From: Terriglobia bacterium
GTDB taxonomy: Bacteria; Acidobacteriota; Terriglobia; JAJPHL01; JAPKYU01
Direction: 5' to 3'
Assembly: GCA_965223005.1 (NCBI GenBank)
Contig: CBDCVK010000009.1
Location: 1-64,000, forward strand
Length of the DNA stretch: 64,000 bases
In this document: piece by piece, positions 19,624 through 30,879 of the stretch
Layout of the letters: every line of letters begins with the position of its first letter
How positions within the stretch are numbered: position 1 is the first letter of the stretch
Made by a program: the position numbers and the translations under genes
The notes under the pieces: generated by a model
What the model was told of the DNA's origin: nothing
The model's input: only the letters and a program-made list of their open reading frames with translations
Database searches by the model: none

Positions 19624-19753
19624 ATGCTTTCAGCAGCTTGGGCTTTCAGCAGCCTGGCAGCGGCAACGTATCATTTATTAGGGTGGCAGATGAGGGTATG
19701 AGTGTGACAGATGAGGGAGTAAGAAGGAGAAAATCCTGGAGAGGAGCACGCCC

Positions 19754-21775
19754 GTGATAAAGCGAGACCGAAGGTGGAAAGCATGCCTGATATGGGGCAT
19801 TTGCATGAGCGTCGGCTTTGTAGTTGGGAGGACAGCGGTTTCCCCAGTGTTGTCTGCCGCACCGGCCGATAAATCTTCGCCCCGATTCGTAGCCCATAAC
19901 CGAGCCTCGGGAACCACAGCCCTAACCAAGCGCTCTGGTCGTAGCGTCATGTGGTCAAGTCCCATCGATTGGGACGGCGATGGCGACCTGGACCTGATTG
20001 CTGATCAGCGGGTGTACGAAAATGTGGGCGGAGGAGTTTTCAAAAAGGGCCCTCTACTTTCCTTTCTGCACTGGCGCTCCTACATCTGTCTAGCCGACCT
20101 GAACGGGGATGGTCGGAGGGATATCGTCGACGGAGGCGAGAGTAAGCCCGAGATCCGCCTGCGCCTCAACACGGGTCGGCCCGGGGAGCCTACCTTCGGC
20201 GCGCCCCAGGGGTTGGTTTCATCGTCACTCTTTGAAAGTGCGCGGCCCGCCGGACGGAAACCGCTTACCCGCGGTGCGCCTTTCGTGGCCGATTGGAACG
20301 GGGATGGGCTTCCAGATTTGCTGGTGGGGACGCGCGATATTTGGACGGATTATTTCGCTTATCCAATTCCTGGCCGTTTTCCACCCAGTGGCCGCGCCAG
20401 CTTTGGCCAGATTCACGGCGAGCTTTATTTCCTGCCCAACCGCGGCACCCGCACCCAACCCCGCTTCCCTCGTGTCGAACCGCTCCTGCTGGACGGCCAT
20501 CCGCTGACTGTCTTCGGAATCTGCAGCCCCACCGCTGTGGATTGGGACGAGGACGGCGACCTGGACCTGCTGGTCACCCAGGAATCTTTCCCGATTCTGT
20601 ACTTTGAAAATGTCGGGTCTTCCACTCAGCCGAAACTCGCACAACCCCGACATCCCTACATTGAGTATCCAGGCATCTACAGCAAGGTCTCCGTTGTGGA
20701 CTGGGACGGCGACGGGCTGTTTGACCTGCTGGCTTCCAGTGAGGACGGCGAATTCCTTTTTCGCAATACCGGCAAACCAGGTGAGCCGTACTTTTCCGGA
20801 ACTTTTGAGGCTTTCAGGGAGACGGCAGCGGAGGTCTGGGCTCCGGGCTTTTCCACACCCGATGCGGTCGATTATGACGGTGACGGGGACCTGGACCTGG
20901 TGGTGGGAAGTGACGATGGCGAGTTCCGTTTGTTCCGCAACATCGGGACGCGAAAGACGCCAGTCCTCGCCGAAGGAGAGCTGCTTCGCTTTGCCGATGG
21001 CAAATCCCTGCGCATTGTCGTGGAAACGGGGTATCAACCGCAGGGGCCGGTGGAGCGTTTCTGGGGGTATTCATCGCCTTCGCTGGTGGATTGGGATGGC
21101 GACGGCGACCTAGACCTGCTCTCGGGCCAGATCGGAAGGTCGGGATACCTGTTATTCCGGAACGAAGGCGGTCGTCGGGCACCGGTGTGGGCTGAACCGC
21201 GGCTGCTGGAAGCGGCAGGAAAGATCATCCGCACCAGAGGGCATGCCCGCGTGAGACCGGCGCCGGTGGACTGGAATGAGGATGGGTTGATGGATTTGGT
21301 CGCCGTGAATGACCGCTACGGGTACACCCTGTATCTGCGGAAGCGAGATGAAACCGGCGCACTCCTGCTTCAGGCCGGGGCACCGCTGGCGTTCCAGTCC
21401 GGAGCTCCAGTCGTCTTCTCCAAGCTGGATAACCCCTACGGCCAGCGTGACAAACCGAATGTTTACGACTGGGATGGCGACGGCGACTGGGATATCCTCG
21501 CGGGACTGCTCTTTTCCGCCCCAGTCCTTTTCCTAGAGAATGTGGGGAGCAATGAAAAACCGGTATTTGCCGAAGGGAAGGAAATAACAGACCTGGATGG
21601 AGTGGCCCTTCGAAAACGGGGCCGGGAACTACTGGAAGGTTGGACCCACACGCCCAACATTGAGGTGGCCGACTGGAATGGGGACGGAGTGCCGGATCTG
21701 CTGGCAGGTCAGGACATGGGTTTTGTTCTTTTCTTTGACGGCACGACGCTAAGCCCCAAACCGAGAAAGAGGTAG
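19754..21775 (+). CDS. Exported FG-GAP/VCBS repeat beta-propeller protein
   Basis: About 10 D[WY][DN]GDG-x-x-DL repeats, F-x-N-x-G motifs, signal-like N-terminus. Confidence 0.88.
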   Translation: MIKRDRRWKACLIWGICMSVGFVVGRTAVSPVLSAAPADKSSPRFVAHNRASGTTALTKRSGRSVMWSSPIDWDGDGDLDLIADQRVYENVGGGVFKKGPLLSFLHWRSYICLADLNGDGRRDIVDGGESKPEIRLRLNTGRPGEPTFGAPQGLVSSSLFESARPAGRKPLTRGAPFVADWNGDGLPDLLVGTRDIWTDYFAYPIPGRFPPSGRASFGQIHGELYFLPNRGTRTQPRFPRVEPLLLDGHPLTVFGICSPTAVDWDEDGDLDLLVTQESFPILYFENVGSSTQPKLAQPRHPYIEYPGIYSKVSVVDWDGDGLFDLLASSEDGEFLFRNTGKPGEPYFSGTFEAFRETAAEVWAPGFSTPDAVDYDGDGDLDLVVGSDDGEFRLFRNIGTRKTPVLAEGELLRFADGKSLRIVVETGYQPQGPVERFWGYSSPSLVDWDGDGDLDLLSGQIGRSGYLLFRNEGGRRAPVWAEPRLLEAAGKIIRTRGHARVRPAPVDWNEDGLMDLVAVNDRYGYTLYLRKRDETGALLLQAGAPLAFQSGAPVVFSKLDNPYGQRDKPNVYDWDGDGDWDILAGLLFSAPVLFLENVGSNEKPVFAEGKEITDLDGVALRKRGRELLEGWTHTPNIEVADWNGDGVPDLLAGQDMGFVLFFDGTTLSPKPRKR

Positions 21776-21803
21776 TGTTCTGGTCGTAGTCGCCTCACCT
21801 GGC

Positions 21804-23168
21804 TCAGGCACCTCTGGCGGCGATCTCTTGAAGCGCGGCCAGGACTTTCTCGACTTCGGGCATGGTATTGTAAACATTAGGGCAGAGGCGAAGCTTCGGC
21901 TCCTTCCCGGGGAACAAGGCCCCGCCCACGCCATAATCTTCGTACAGCCGCTTGTAAGCCTTCTCGTGGTCGACAGCGCCGCCTAAGCCAAAGATCACCA
22001 CGCCCAAACTGAGAGTGGGATCAAGGGAGGTGTAGAGCTTGCTTCCAGGAATCCTGGCGATACCCTCCTTGAGGGCCGTGGCAAGCTGTCGAACCCTGCC
22101 TTCGATGGGGACGTCCCCGATGAGGTTGTGAAAATCCACCGCCTTACCTACCGCTGCCAGCGTGGCGTCATTGCGCTGGCCCAGGCTCTCGAATTTTCGA
22201 GCGCCCTTGGGCTCGGGAGCCACTTCAGCCCCCCAGCCTGATCCCACCGCCAGGGGCCAGTAGTTCTTGATGCGCTCTTTTCTCACATACAAGACCCCAG
22301 CTTCCTTGGGACCCATGAGCCACTTGTGCGCGCTACCTGCATAGGAATCGCACCCGATTTCATGAAGGTTGAGCTTCTTCACGCCGAACGTCTGAGCCCC
22401 GTCGATATGCGCGATGACGCCACGCTCATGCGCCATAGCGCAGAGCTCCTTCGCCGGAAGCGCGGCGCCGCTAACGTTGGATACGTCCGAGAAAGCGAGG
22501 ACCTTCGTGTGCGGTGTGAAGCCCTTGCGGAACGCCTCAAGGATCTCCTCGGCGCTTCCGGGAGGCCAGTCCAAACTCACATACTTGACCTTGAAACCAT
22601 GGCGGGCACCCCGCACCCTCCAGGCCACATTATTCGTGGGATGGTTCTGGTCCCAGCAGAGTACCTCCTCGCCCGGCCCGAGGTTCAGAGCACTCACTAC
22701 GACGTTATTGCCCTCGCTGGTATTTCGAACAAGAGCGATTTCCTCCGGCCCGGCACCCAGTAGCCGGGCCAGCTTTGCTCGGGACGATTCCTGCAGCTCA
22801 TCGTACTTCGCACGGTTCTGGAACGAAGCGTCTTGGTCCTCATCCCGGATGTAGCCAAAGACTGTCTCCATGACCGAGAAAGGTGATGGACAGAGGTTAG
22901 CCGAGTTCATCAAGATGAGCCCGTCGCGGAGGATGAACTGCTCCTTGACCAAGCCCCAGAAACTTTCCCCACTCAACTCGGGCCGGCCGGTACGGTAATC
23001 TCCTGTGGGGTCTGCCCTCTTCGGCGAGCGCGCATCCGGTGAACCGCTGAAGGCCGGGAGCTTTGCGGAAAAGGCAGCCGCAGCCGCAGTCGCTGCCCCG
23101 AGTCGCCTCAAGAATTCACGCCGCGGGACCTGCCAGCAGGACTCAGAAATCGATGTGATTGGAACCAT
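21804..23168 (-). CDS. Tat-exported class V PLP aminotransferase (isopenicillin N epimerase/cysteine desulfurase-like)
   Basis: PRREFL Tat motif, RNTSEG, DGAQ, SAHKWLMGP. Confidence 0.9.
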   Translation of the reverse strand: MVPITSISESCWQVPRREFLRRLGAATAAAAAFSAKLPAFSGSPDARSPKRADPTGDYRTGRPELSGESFWGLVKEQFILRDGLILMNSANLCPSPFSVMETVFGYIRDEDQDASFQNRAKYDELQESSRAKLARLLGAGPEEIALVRNTSEGNNVVVSALNLGPGEEVLCWDQNHPTNNVAWRVRGARHGFKVKYVSLDWPPGSAEEILEAFRKGFTPHTKVLAFSDVSNVSGAALPAKELCAMAHERGVIAHIDGAQTFGVKKLNLHEIGCDSYAGSAHKWLMGPKEAGVLYVRKERIKNYWPLAVGSGWGAEVAPEPKGARKFESLGQRNDATLAAVGKAVDFHNLIGDVPIEGRVRQLATALKEGIARIPGSKLYTSLDPTLSLGVVIFGLGGAVDHEKAYKRLYEDYGVGGALFPGKEPKLRLCPNVYNTMPEVEKVLAALQEIAARGA

Positions 23169-23422
23169 GGGATCCTCTCTAAGCCCGGGTTATCTAAGCC
23201 CAGGTTGCTGCCCGGGTATTTGCGAACCCCCTCGTCTCCCTGCTTTAGCGCCATGCTAGCACACCTGGGCGGACAATTTTTCCTTGTCTGCGGCTACGCC
23301 GGCGTAGGTTGTCCGATGAAGGCCAAAGCTTCTTGCGATGTTGCATGAAGGGCTGTACCCTCGCGGATGGCAGGCATACCTTATTCTCGAAAGTTGCAAT
23401 TCAATATAACGAAGGAGAGCCT

Positions 23423-24181
23423 ATGAACCGGAAAAGCGTACTTATAACGGGCATGAGCGGTCTGATTGGTAGCGTGGTGCGCCAGCATCTGGAAGACAAA
23501 TATGTGCTCAGCGCGCTGAACCGTCGGGACGTGGCTGGCGTGGAATGCCATCGAGCCGACATTGCAAACCTGGAAGCGATTCAGCCGGCATTTGAGCACA
23601 AGGATGTGGTCGTGCATTTGTCGGCCGTTGCGTCTGACACCGCAACATGGGAAGAGGTCCTTCACAACAATATCATCGGCACGTATAACGTTTTCGAAGC
23701 CGCACGCCGCGCTGGAGTCAAGCGCATCGTCTATGCGAGCAGCGGAGCAACCATCAGCGCGTGGGAACGACAATTTCCTTATAGTGCGATCGTCCGGGGA
23801 CGCTATTCCGAGGTCCCTCAGACGTGGCAGCAGATCACCCATGAATCGCCGGTCCGACCATCTGGGTTTTACGGGTGCAGTAAAGTCTGGGGCGAAGCCA
23901 TGGGACGGTACTTCTCGGACGCCTACGGCATGTCCGTCATCTGCCTGCGTATTGGTGCAGTGAACCGCGAAGACCGCCCGCTGGAGACTCGGCAGTTCTC
24001 TGTCTGGTGCAGCCAGCGCGACATCGCGCAGATGATCGAGCGTTGTATTGCGGCACCCGAAAGCGTGCGCTTTGATATTTTCTACGTTGTGTCGAACAAC
24101 AAGTGGAGCTATCGGGACTTGAAGCATGCACGGAAAGTCATCGGTTTCGAGCCACAGTCCTCCGCAGAGGATTATCGCTGA
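23423..24181 (+). CDS. NAD-dependent epimerase/dehydratase (uronate dehydrogenase-like)
   Basis: ITGMSGLIG, YASS, YGCSK, LRIG; SD GAAGGAG upstream. Confidence 0.88.
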   Translation: MNRKSVLITGMSGLIGSVVRQHLEDKYVLSALNRRDVAGVECHRADIANLEAIQPAFEHKDVVVHLSAVASDTATWEEVLHNNIIGTYNVFEAARRAGVKRIVYASSGATISAWERQFPYSAIVRGRYSEVPQTWQQITHESPVRPSGFYGCSKVWGEAMGRYFSDAYGMSVICLRIGAVNREDRPLETRQFSVWCSQRDIAQMIERCIAAPESVRFDIFYVVSNNKWSYRDLKHARKVIGFEPQSSAEDYR

Positions 24182-24290
24182 AGGCAGGTGCCGGATACTT
24201 CCAGTGCAAAGCTGGCAGCCAGGCTAAGGTCTTGCATGCCCAGCGAACAAGGCGAAGTCCAGATGGGCCGTACCCGCTAAACGGGAGAGC

Positions 24291-24518
24291 ATGGCTTCCA
24301 TGAAATCGTTGGATCAACTTTGTGTGAACACCTTTGGCGGCGCTGATGCAAACCCATTCCATTTTCATCTTTACCCACGATAGCATTGCCCTGGGCGAAG
24401 ACGGACCCACCCACCAGCCGGTCGAGCACTTGTTCAGCCAGCCGAGGTAGTGCTGGAGAAGCTGGGGTTCACGCCGGACGCGGTGGCCGAACGCGCCCGG
24501 ACACTTGTAGGGAGGTAG
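24291..24518 (+). pseudogene. tkt: Transketolase remnant: three fragments joined by large deletions and frameshifts
   Basis: [14 protein letters not shown] (24291-24332), [35 protein letters not shown] (24334-24438), [26 protein letters not shown] (24438-24518). Confidence 0.88.
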
Positions 24519-24683
24519 TTGATGCGAGTTGCGGCCGCGGCCGATCATGCCGGATTTTCCTTGAAACAGGAGCTTGTCGCCTTGTGGCCGAACGCGCCCG
24601 GACACTTGTAGGGAGGTAGTTGATGCGAGTTGCGGCCGCGGCCGATCATGCCGGATTTTCCTTGAAACAGGAGCTTGTCGCCT
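24483..24683. repeat. 100-bp direct tandem duplication (tkt end plus rpiB start)
   Basis: 24483-24582 matches 24584-24683. Confidence 0.92.
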
Positions 24684-25090
24684 ACCTGAAAAGTCTGGGC
24701 CACGAAGTTGTTGATTTAGGCACGCACAGCACCGAGCCGGCGGACTACCCTGACTATGCCGAAGCCGTCGGTCGCGCCGTGTTGAGTGGACAAGCCGAGC
24801 GCGGCCTCCTCCTCTGCGGCAGTGGCGTGGGCGCCTCGGTGGCGGCGAACAAGCTCCCCGGCATCCGCGCCGGGATCTGCCACGATACCTACTCGGCCCA
24901 CCAGGGCGTCGAACACGACGGCATCAACGTGCTGGTGCTGGGCGCTCGAGTGATTGGCTCGCAACTGGCACGGGAGCTGTTGCGCACTTTCCTCGAAGCG
25001 CATTTCACCGAGGAAGAACGCCACCGTCGCCGGCTGAATAAAATCAGCGCGCTGGAAGCCGCCTTCAACGCCAGCAAGGGGAAACCATGA
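24623..25090 (+). CDS. rpiB: Ribose 5-phosphate isomerase B
   Basis: ADHAG, DYPD, CGSGVG, ANK, EERHRRR. Confidence 0.95.
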   Translation: MRVAAAADHAGFSLKQELVAYLKSLGHEVVDLGTHSTEPADYPDYAEAVGRAVLSGQAERGLLLCGSGVGASVAANKLPGIRAGICHDTYSAHQGVEHDGINVLVLGARVIGSQLARELLRTFLEAHFTEEERHRRRLNKISALEAAFNASKGKP

Positions 25091-27873
25091 ACCCACTCAA
25101 GGAGCTCGAGAAGTGCGGCCAATCGATCTGGCTCGACTACATCCGACGCAGCTTGATGACCAGCGGCGAACTCGGACGGTTGATCCGGGAAGACGGCCTG
25201 CGTGGTGTCACCAGCAATCCGACGATCTTCGAAAAAGCCATCTCCGGCAGCAAAGACTACGATGACGCCTTGCGTCTCCGGCTCGGTGAGGATCCTCACG
25301 CCGACGCTGCTGTGCTGTTCGAGATGCTGGCGATCGAAGATATCCAGAAAGCGGCCGATGCGTTCCGCCCGGTTTATGAGAGCACCCAGGGAGCCGACGG
25401 CTTCGTCAGTCTGGAAGTCTCGCCCCGGCTGGCACATGACACCGAGGGCACCCTCGCCGAAGCGCGTCGCTTGTGGAAGGCACTGGACCGCCCCAATGTG
25501 ATGATCAAGGTGCCCGCGACGCCCGAAGGAATTTTCGCCATCGCAGCACTCATCGGCGAAGGAATCAACGTCAACATCACGCTGATGTTTTCTTTGGCGC
25601 ACTACGAAGCGGTGGCCCAGGCTTATCTTCGTGGGCTCGAGCGGGCCTCCGAACCGCAACGGGTCGCTTCGGTGGCTTCCTTCTTTGTCAGCCGAGTGGA
25701 CACGGCCGTGGACCGCAAACTGGAAGAAATTGGGACGCCGGAAGCTTTGGCCCTGCGAGGCCAGGCCGCGGTTGCCAATGCCAAGATGGTCTACAGACGC
25801 TTCCGGGAAATTTTCAACGCGGAGTCGTTCGCTGCGCTCCGCGAGCGCGGCGCTCGCGTGCAGCGGCCGCTGTGGGCCAGTACCGGCACCAAGAACCCTG
25901 CCTATTCCGACGTGCTCTACGTGGAGGAGTTGATTGGCACGGACACGGTCAACACTGTGCCTCCGGCCACTTTGGATGCCTTCGGGGACCACGGCCGCGT
26001 GCGAGGCAGCACCGTGGAGGAGGGGCAGGCGGAAGCCGAGGAAACGCTGAGCCGCCTGGCCAAGCTCGGCATTGACCTGGACGTGATCACTGAGAATCTG
26101 CAAGCAGACGGCGTCGGCTCCTTTGCGGCTTCCTTTGAGCAACTTCTCGGCGCGTTGGAAGAAAAGCGCAAGGTGCTGCTGGCAGGCCAGGCAGCCCGGG
26201 AACAGCTGAGCCTCGGAAGCTACCAGAGCAAAGTGCAACAGCGGCTGCAAGCCTGGCAGAAGGATCGCTTTGCTTGTCGCCTTTGGCAGAAGGATCCGAC
26301 TCTGTGGTCGCCGCAGCCAGTGCCGGAACTCGTCGACCGTCTGGGGTGGCTCAACCTTCCCGAACAGATGCATGGACAGCTCGATGAGCTGGCAGGTTTC
26401 GCCCAGCAAGCCATGGCTGACGGCATCCGCCATGTGGTTCTTCTGGGGATGGGCGGCTCCAGCCTGGCGCCAGAAGTTTTCCAGCAGTCTTTCGGTAACG
26501 CGCCGGGTCATCCCGCTCTGCTTGTTCTCGACAGTACGCACCCTTCGGCCGTGCGCACCGTCGAGAAGAGCGTCGATTTGCTGCACGCTCTGTTCCTGGT
26601 CTCCAGCAAGTCGGGCACGACCGGCGAGACCCTCTCGTTTTTCCGTTATTTCTGGGAACGAGTCAGCCGGTTGACCAGCACACCCGGACGTCACTTCGTT
26701 GCCATCACGGATCCGGGAACGCCGCTGGAAAAACTTGCTACGGAACGGCAGTTCCGGCGCACTTTTTCCGCGCCCGTCGAGGTCGGCGGGCGGTATTCGG
26801 CCCTCAGCGTCTTTGGTCTGGTGCCGGCAGCGCTCATCGGGGTGGATGTGCACCAGCTCTTGGACCGGGCATGGCAAATGGCGGAGGCCTGCGCCTTTTG
26901 CGTTCCGGAGTCCGACAATCCGGGGTTAACGCTGGGATCCGCCGTTGGGGAACTCGCGCTGGCAGGACGCGACAAGGTGACGTTCTTGGCCTCCGCCTCA
27001 CTGGCCTCTTTGCCGGCCTGGGTAGAACAGCTGATTGCCGAGAGCACCGGCAAGGAGGGAAAAGGCATTCTCCCGGTCGCTGACGAACCAGCGCGTCCCG
27101 CTGCTGGCTACGGCCCAGACCGGCTCTTCGTTCACCTGTCCAGGGATGGGCCTAAGGATGGGCCTAGGGATGGAGAAGAAGACTCCGAGCTGGAGACACA
27201 AGTGGCGGCGCTGGAAGCTGCGGGCCATCCGGTGATTCGCCTGAGCCTCTCTGAGATGGTGGATCTGGGCCAGGATTTTTTCCGCTGGGAAGTGGCCATT
27301 GCGGCCGCGGGTGCCGTTCTCAGGATCCACCCATTCAACCAGCCGGATGTTCAGTTGGCCAAAGAACTGGCCCGGCAGGCGATGGGACAGGCAAAAGGCA
27401 AAGCGAAAGGATCGCGCAATGGAGCGAAGCCAATATCGGCGGCCCGGCGAAAACAGCTGGCTCAAGCTGTGGAGAGCTGGCTGGCTAGCGCCGGGCCCGG
27501 AGCCTACATCGCGCTCCAGGCCTACCTGGCGCCGGCGGCCGATGTAACAACGGCTCTACAGGAAATTCGCCGAGCGCTGGGGAGCCGCCTGAAGGCTCCC
27601 ACGACATTGGGGTACGGCCCACGCTTCTTGCACTCCACCGGCCAACTGCACAAGGGCGGGCCGAACACGGGCCTATTCTTGCAGCTGGTGGACAACCCGC
27701 AAGAGGACCTGGCGGTGCCGGAAACCGAGTACACGTTTGGAGCCCTGATTCAGGCTCAGGCCCTGGGCGATTTCCTGGCCCTGAAGCAGCGCGACAGGCG
27801 TGTCCTGCGGATCAATCTGGGCAGCGATGTCACCGGTGGGCTCAAGCGCCTGGCGGAGGTGCTGCATGGCTGA
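25087..27873 (+). CDS. tal-pgi: Bifunctional transaldolase / phosphoglucose isomerase
   Basis: [25 protein letters not shown], then [34 protein letters not shown]. Confidence 0.95.
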   Translation: MNPLKELEKCGQSIWLDYIRRSLMTSGELGRLIREDGLRGVTSNPTIFEKAISGSKDYDDALRLRLGEDPHADAAVLFEMLAIEDIQKAADAFRPVYESTQGADGFVSLEVSPRLAHDTEGTLAEARRLWKALDRPNVMIKVPATPEGIFAIAALIGEGINVNITLMFSLAHYEAVAQAYLRGLERASEPQRVASVASFFVSRVDTAVDRKLEEIGTPEALALRGQAAVANAKMVYRRFREIFNAESFAALRERGARVQRPLWASTGTKNPAYSDVLYVEELIGTDTVNTVPPATLDAFGDHGRVRGSTVEEGQAEAEETLSRLAKLGIDLDVITENLQADGVGSFAASFEQLLGALEEKRKVLLAGQAAREQLSLGSYQSKVQQRLQAWQKDRFACRLWQKDPTLWSPQPVPELVDRLGWLNLPEQMHGQLDELAGFAQQAMADGIRHVVLLGMGGSSLAPEVFQQSFGNAPGHPALLVLDSTHPSAVRTVEKSVDLLHALFLVSSKSGTTGETLSFFRYFWERVSRLTSTPGRHFVAITDPGTPLEKLATERQFRRTFSAPVEVGGRYSALSVFGLVPAALIGVDVHQLLDRAWQMAEACAFCVPESDNPGLTLGSAVGELALAGRDKVTFLASASLASLPAWVEQLIAESTGKEGKGILPVADEPARPAAGYGPDRLFVHLSRDGPKDGPRDGEEDSELETQVAALEAAGHPVIRLSLSEMVDLGQDFFRWEVAIAAAGAVLRIHPFNQPDVQLAKELARQAMGQAKGKAKGSRNGAKPISAARRKQLAQAVESWLASAGPGAYIALQAYLAPAADVTTALQEIRRALGSRLKAPTTLGYGPRFLHSTGQLHKGGPNTGLFLQLVDNPQEDLAVPETEYTFGALIQAQALGDFLALKQRDRRVLRINLGSDVTGGLKRLAEVLHG

Positions 27874-28486
27874 GATCACCACGCTGTTTTGGGATGTGGG
27901 CGGCGTGCTGCTGACCAATGGTTGGGACCGCTCGGCGCGCCGCCGGGCTGCCGAACAGTTCCACTTAGACTGGGAAGAGTTTGAGGATCGGCATGACCTG
28001 GTGGTGACTGACTTTGAGAAAGGTCGCCTCACCCTGGACGAATACTTGCAGCGAACTGTCTTTTATCGGGCGCGCGCGTTTAGCCAGGACGACTTCACGG
28101 CCTCTATATTTACTCAATCGCAGCCGCTGCCCGAGGTGCTAGCGCTGGTGGAGCGATTGGCGAACTCCGGGAAGTATCTGATGGCCACGCTGAACAACGA
28201 GTCCTTGGAGTTAAACCTCTACCGCATCGAACAGTTTCGGTTGCGCGATTACTTCGATGCCTTTTTCAGCTCTTGCTTTCTGGGTGTGAAAAAACCTGAG
28301 CGCGGGATCTACCGTCTGGCCTCGCAAATTACCCAGCGGGCGCTGGAAGAATGCCTCTTCATTGACGACCGGACCTTGAACCTGGAGTGTGCGCAGCTTC
28401 TGGGCATGCGGACCGTTCACTATCAAGATCCAGCGCAGCTGCGCCGGCAGCTTCGGCAGCACGGCGTAGAGGTTGACTCTGGATGA
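27866..28486 (+). CDS. HAD family phosphatase
   Basis: FWDVGGVL, KP, FIDD; overlaps tal-pgi stop. Confidence 0.88.
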   Translation: MAEITTLFWDVGGVLLTNGWDRSARRRAAEQFHLDWEEFEDRHDLVVTDFEKGRLTLDEYLQRTVFYRARAFSQDDFTASIFTQSQPLPEVLALVERLANSGKYLMATLNNESLELNLYRIEQFRLRDYFDAFFSSCFLGVKKPERGIYRLASQITQRALEECLFIDDRTLNLECAQLLGMRTVHYQDPAQLRRQLRQHGVEVDSG

Positions 28487-28514
28487 CCATCTGGATAACC
28501 AGAGGAGGGACGCC

Positions 28515-29423
28515 ATGGAATTGGGGATGATTGGGCTGGGCCGTATGGGGGGAAATATGGTCGAGCGGCTCTTACGCGGCGGCCACCGCGTAGTGGGCTA
28601 CGCCCGGGATCCAGGATCGGTCCGGCGGGCGGTGGAGAAAGGCGCGGTCAGTGCCAACTCGCTGCCGAATCTGGTGGAGCAGCTCAAGCCGCCGCGGGTG
28701 GTCTGGCTGATGATCCCGGCCGGCAACCCGGTGGATGAAACGATAGAGGCGCTGTTGCCTCTGTTGAACCAGGATGACGTGATTGTGGATGGTGGCAATT
28801 CCAACTACAAGGACACGATGCGACGCGCTGCTGCAGTCAAAGAGAAAGGGCTGCAATTTGTGGATGCCGGCACCAGCGGCGGCGTTTGGGGTCTTCGCGA
28901 GGGCTATAGCATGATGATCGGCGGCGAGGCGCAGGTCGTCCAGCGGCTCTCGCCCATCTTCCAGACACTGGCGCCGGCTGCCGACAAGGGCTGGGGACAC
29001 GTGGGTCCGAGCGGCGCCGGGCACTTCGTCAAGATGGTTCACAACGGCATTGAATACGGCCTGATGCAGGCCTACGCCGAGGGGTTTGCCCTGATGGAGA
29101 GCAAGAGCGAATTCGGCTTGAACCTGCAGCGGATCGCCGAAATCTGGCGGTACGGGAGCGTAGTGCGGTCCTGGTTACTCGACCTGACGGCACAGGCTCT
29201 GAACGAGAACCCCCGGCTGGAAGGCATTGCTCCCTATGTGGCCGACTCTGGGGAAGGCCGCTGGACGGTTCTGGAGGGAATCGAGCTGAGTTGCTCTATT
29301 CCGGTCATCACTCTGGCCTTGCAGCGCCGCTTCCGCTCGAGGGAAACCGAGCCGTTTGCGGACAAACTCCTCGCCGTCATGCGCGAGCAATTCGGCGGTC
29401 ACGCGGTGAAGCGAGACACATGA
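28515..29423 (+). CDS. gnd: 6-phosphogluconate dehydrogenase (decarboxylating, short form)
   Basis: [32 protein letters not shown]. Confidence 0.95.
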   Translation: MELGMIGLGRMGGNMVERLLRGGHRVVGYARDPGSVRRAVEKGAVSANSLPNLVEQLKPPRVVWLMIPAGNPVDETIEALLPLLNQDDVIVDGGNSNYKDTMRRAAAVKEKGLQFVDAGTSGGVWGLREGYSMMIGGEAQVVQRLSPIFQTLAPAADKGWGHVGPSGAGHFVKMVHNGIEYGLMQAYAEGFALMESKSEFGLNLQRIAEIWRYGSVVRSWLLDLTAQALNENPRLEGIAPYVADSGEGRWTVLEGIELSCSIPVITLALQRRFRSRETEPFADKLLAVMREQFGGHAVKRDT

Positions 29424-29424
29424 G

Positions 29425-30879
29425 ATGACCGGGTCTTCCAATCCCCGAACAGACGCCCATTTGTTCGTGGTCTTTGGCGCGACCGGCGACCTGATGCGCC
29501 GCAAACTCCTGCCCTCGCTCTATCGCCTGGCCACCAGCGGGCAGCTCAATCGCTGCCTGATTCTGGGTGTGGCCCGGAAAAGCGAGCCGGGCGAGGCCGG
29601 CTTCCGGGCGCTGGCGCGGGAGGCATTGAAGGCTGAGGGCGTAGAAGCGGGCGAGTTCAGCAGCCGCTGGTGCGATCAGTGTTTGTACTACCAGCCAATT
29701 GGCAAGAGCACCCCGGAGGACTTCCGGTCTCTGGCCGGGCGCATTGCCGAGCTGGAGCAGGTACACGGCCTGCCGGGGAACCGGGTGTTCTATCTGGCGC
29801 TGGCACCAGCAACGTTCCCGGCTACCATCACGGGACTTGCCGATGCTGGGTTGAACCACAGTTCAGGCTGGACCCGTCTGGTGATCGAGAAACCCTTTGG
29901 GCGCGACCTGGTCTCTGCGCGGGAGCTGAACGGCCTGGTTCATCGCCATTTTGAGGAATCGCAGGTCTATCGGATTGACCATTACCTGGGCAAGGAGACA
30001 GTACAGAACTTGCTTACTTTCCGCTTCGCCAATTCCCTCTTCGAACCCCTTTGGAACCGCGACCGGGTACACAGTGTAGAAATCACCGTGGCGGAAAGTT
30101 TAGGAGTCGAGAAGCGGGCTGACTACTACGAACAAGCCGGTGCTTTGCGCGACATGGTGCAGAATCACTTGACCCAGCTGTTAACGCTGACAGCCATGGA
30201 AGTTCCTGTGGCTTTTGACGCTGACTCCATCCGTGACGAAAAAGTTAAAGTGCTGCGATCGATTGAGCGTATCCGGCCGGAGAGCGTGGTCCTTGGTCAA
30301 TACAGCCGAGGCAAGCTGAACGGGACGGAGGTGGCGGCCTACCGGGAGGAGCCTGGTGTGGCCCTCGACTCGCAGACCGAAACATTTGTGGCGGCCCGCC
30401 TGGAGATAGCGAACTGGCGATGGCACGGGGTTCCGTTCTATCTTTGCACCGGTAAACGGTTGCCCCGCCGAGTGAGCCGGATTGCGGTCCGGTTCCGGTG
30501 CCCTCCAGTAACCTTCTTCCAACCGTTTGACTCGTGTAAGATTCACTCGAACGCTTTAGTGATCACGCTGCAGCCTGAGGAAGGGTTCGACCTGCACTTC
30601 GAAGTGAAGACGCCGGGCCAGCAACTAACGCTCCAAACACATCGTCTCCACTTCCGCTACGAGGAGGCCTTTGCTCCTCTTGCAGACGGATACGAGACAC
30701 TCCTGCTGGACATCCTCGCCGGTGACCAGACTCTGTTCGTGCGCGATGATGAAGTAGAAGCCTCCTGGCGCTTGTACACGCCTTTGCTCGAACAGCGTGG
30801 CCCTGTGCACTCCTACGCAGCCGGTGGCTGGGGTCCGCCGGAAGCCGAGCAGCTGCTTGAATCGGGAGGGAACCATTGA
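29425..30879 (+). CDS. zwf: Glucose-6-phosphate 1-dehydrogenase
   Basis: [28 protein letters not shown]. Confidence 0.96.
   Translation: MTGSSNPRTDAHLFVVFGATGDLMRRKLLPSLYRLATSGQLNRCLILGVARKSEPGEAGFRALAREALKAEGVEAGEFSSRWCDQCLYYQPIGKSTPEDFRSLAGRIAELEQVHGLPGNRVFYLALAPATFPATITGLADAGLNHSSGWTRLVIEKPFGRDLVSARELNGLVHRHFEESQVYRIDHYLGKETVQNLLTFRFANSLFEPLWNRDRVHSVEITVAESLGVEKRADYYEQAGALRDMVQNHLTQLLTLTAMEVPVAFDADSIRDEKVKVLRSIERIRPESVVLGQYSRGKLNGTEVAAYREEPGVALDSQTETFVAARLEIANWRWHGVPFYLCTGKRLPRRVSRIAVRFRCPPVTFFQPFDSCKIHSNALVITLQPEEGFDLHFEVKTPGQQLTLQTHRLHFRYEEAFAPLADGYETLLLDILAGDQTLFVRDDEVEASWRLYTPLLEQRGPVHSYAAGGWGPPEAEQLLESGGNH

Noticed and set aside
19754-21775. DNA repeat array
   Set aside because: These are ordinary FG-GAP/VCBS protein repeats.
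24889-26877. 662-aa antisense ORF (likewise 43329-44861, 57593-58786, 45065-46039)
   Set aside because: Shadow frames of well-supported genes in GC-rich DNA, with no motifs.
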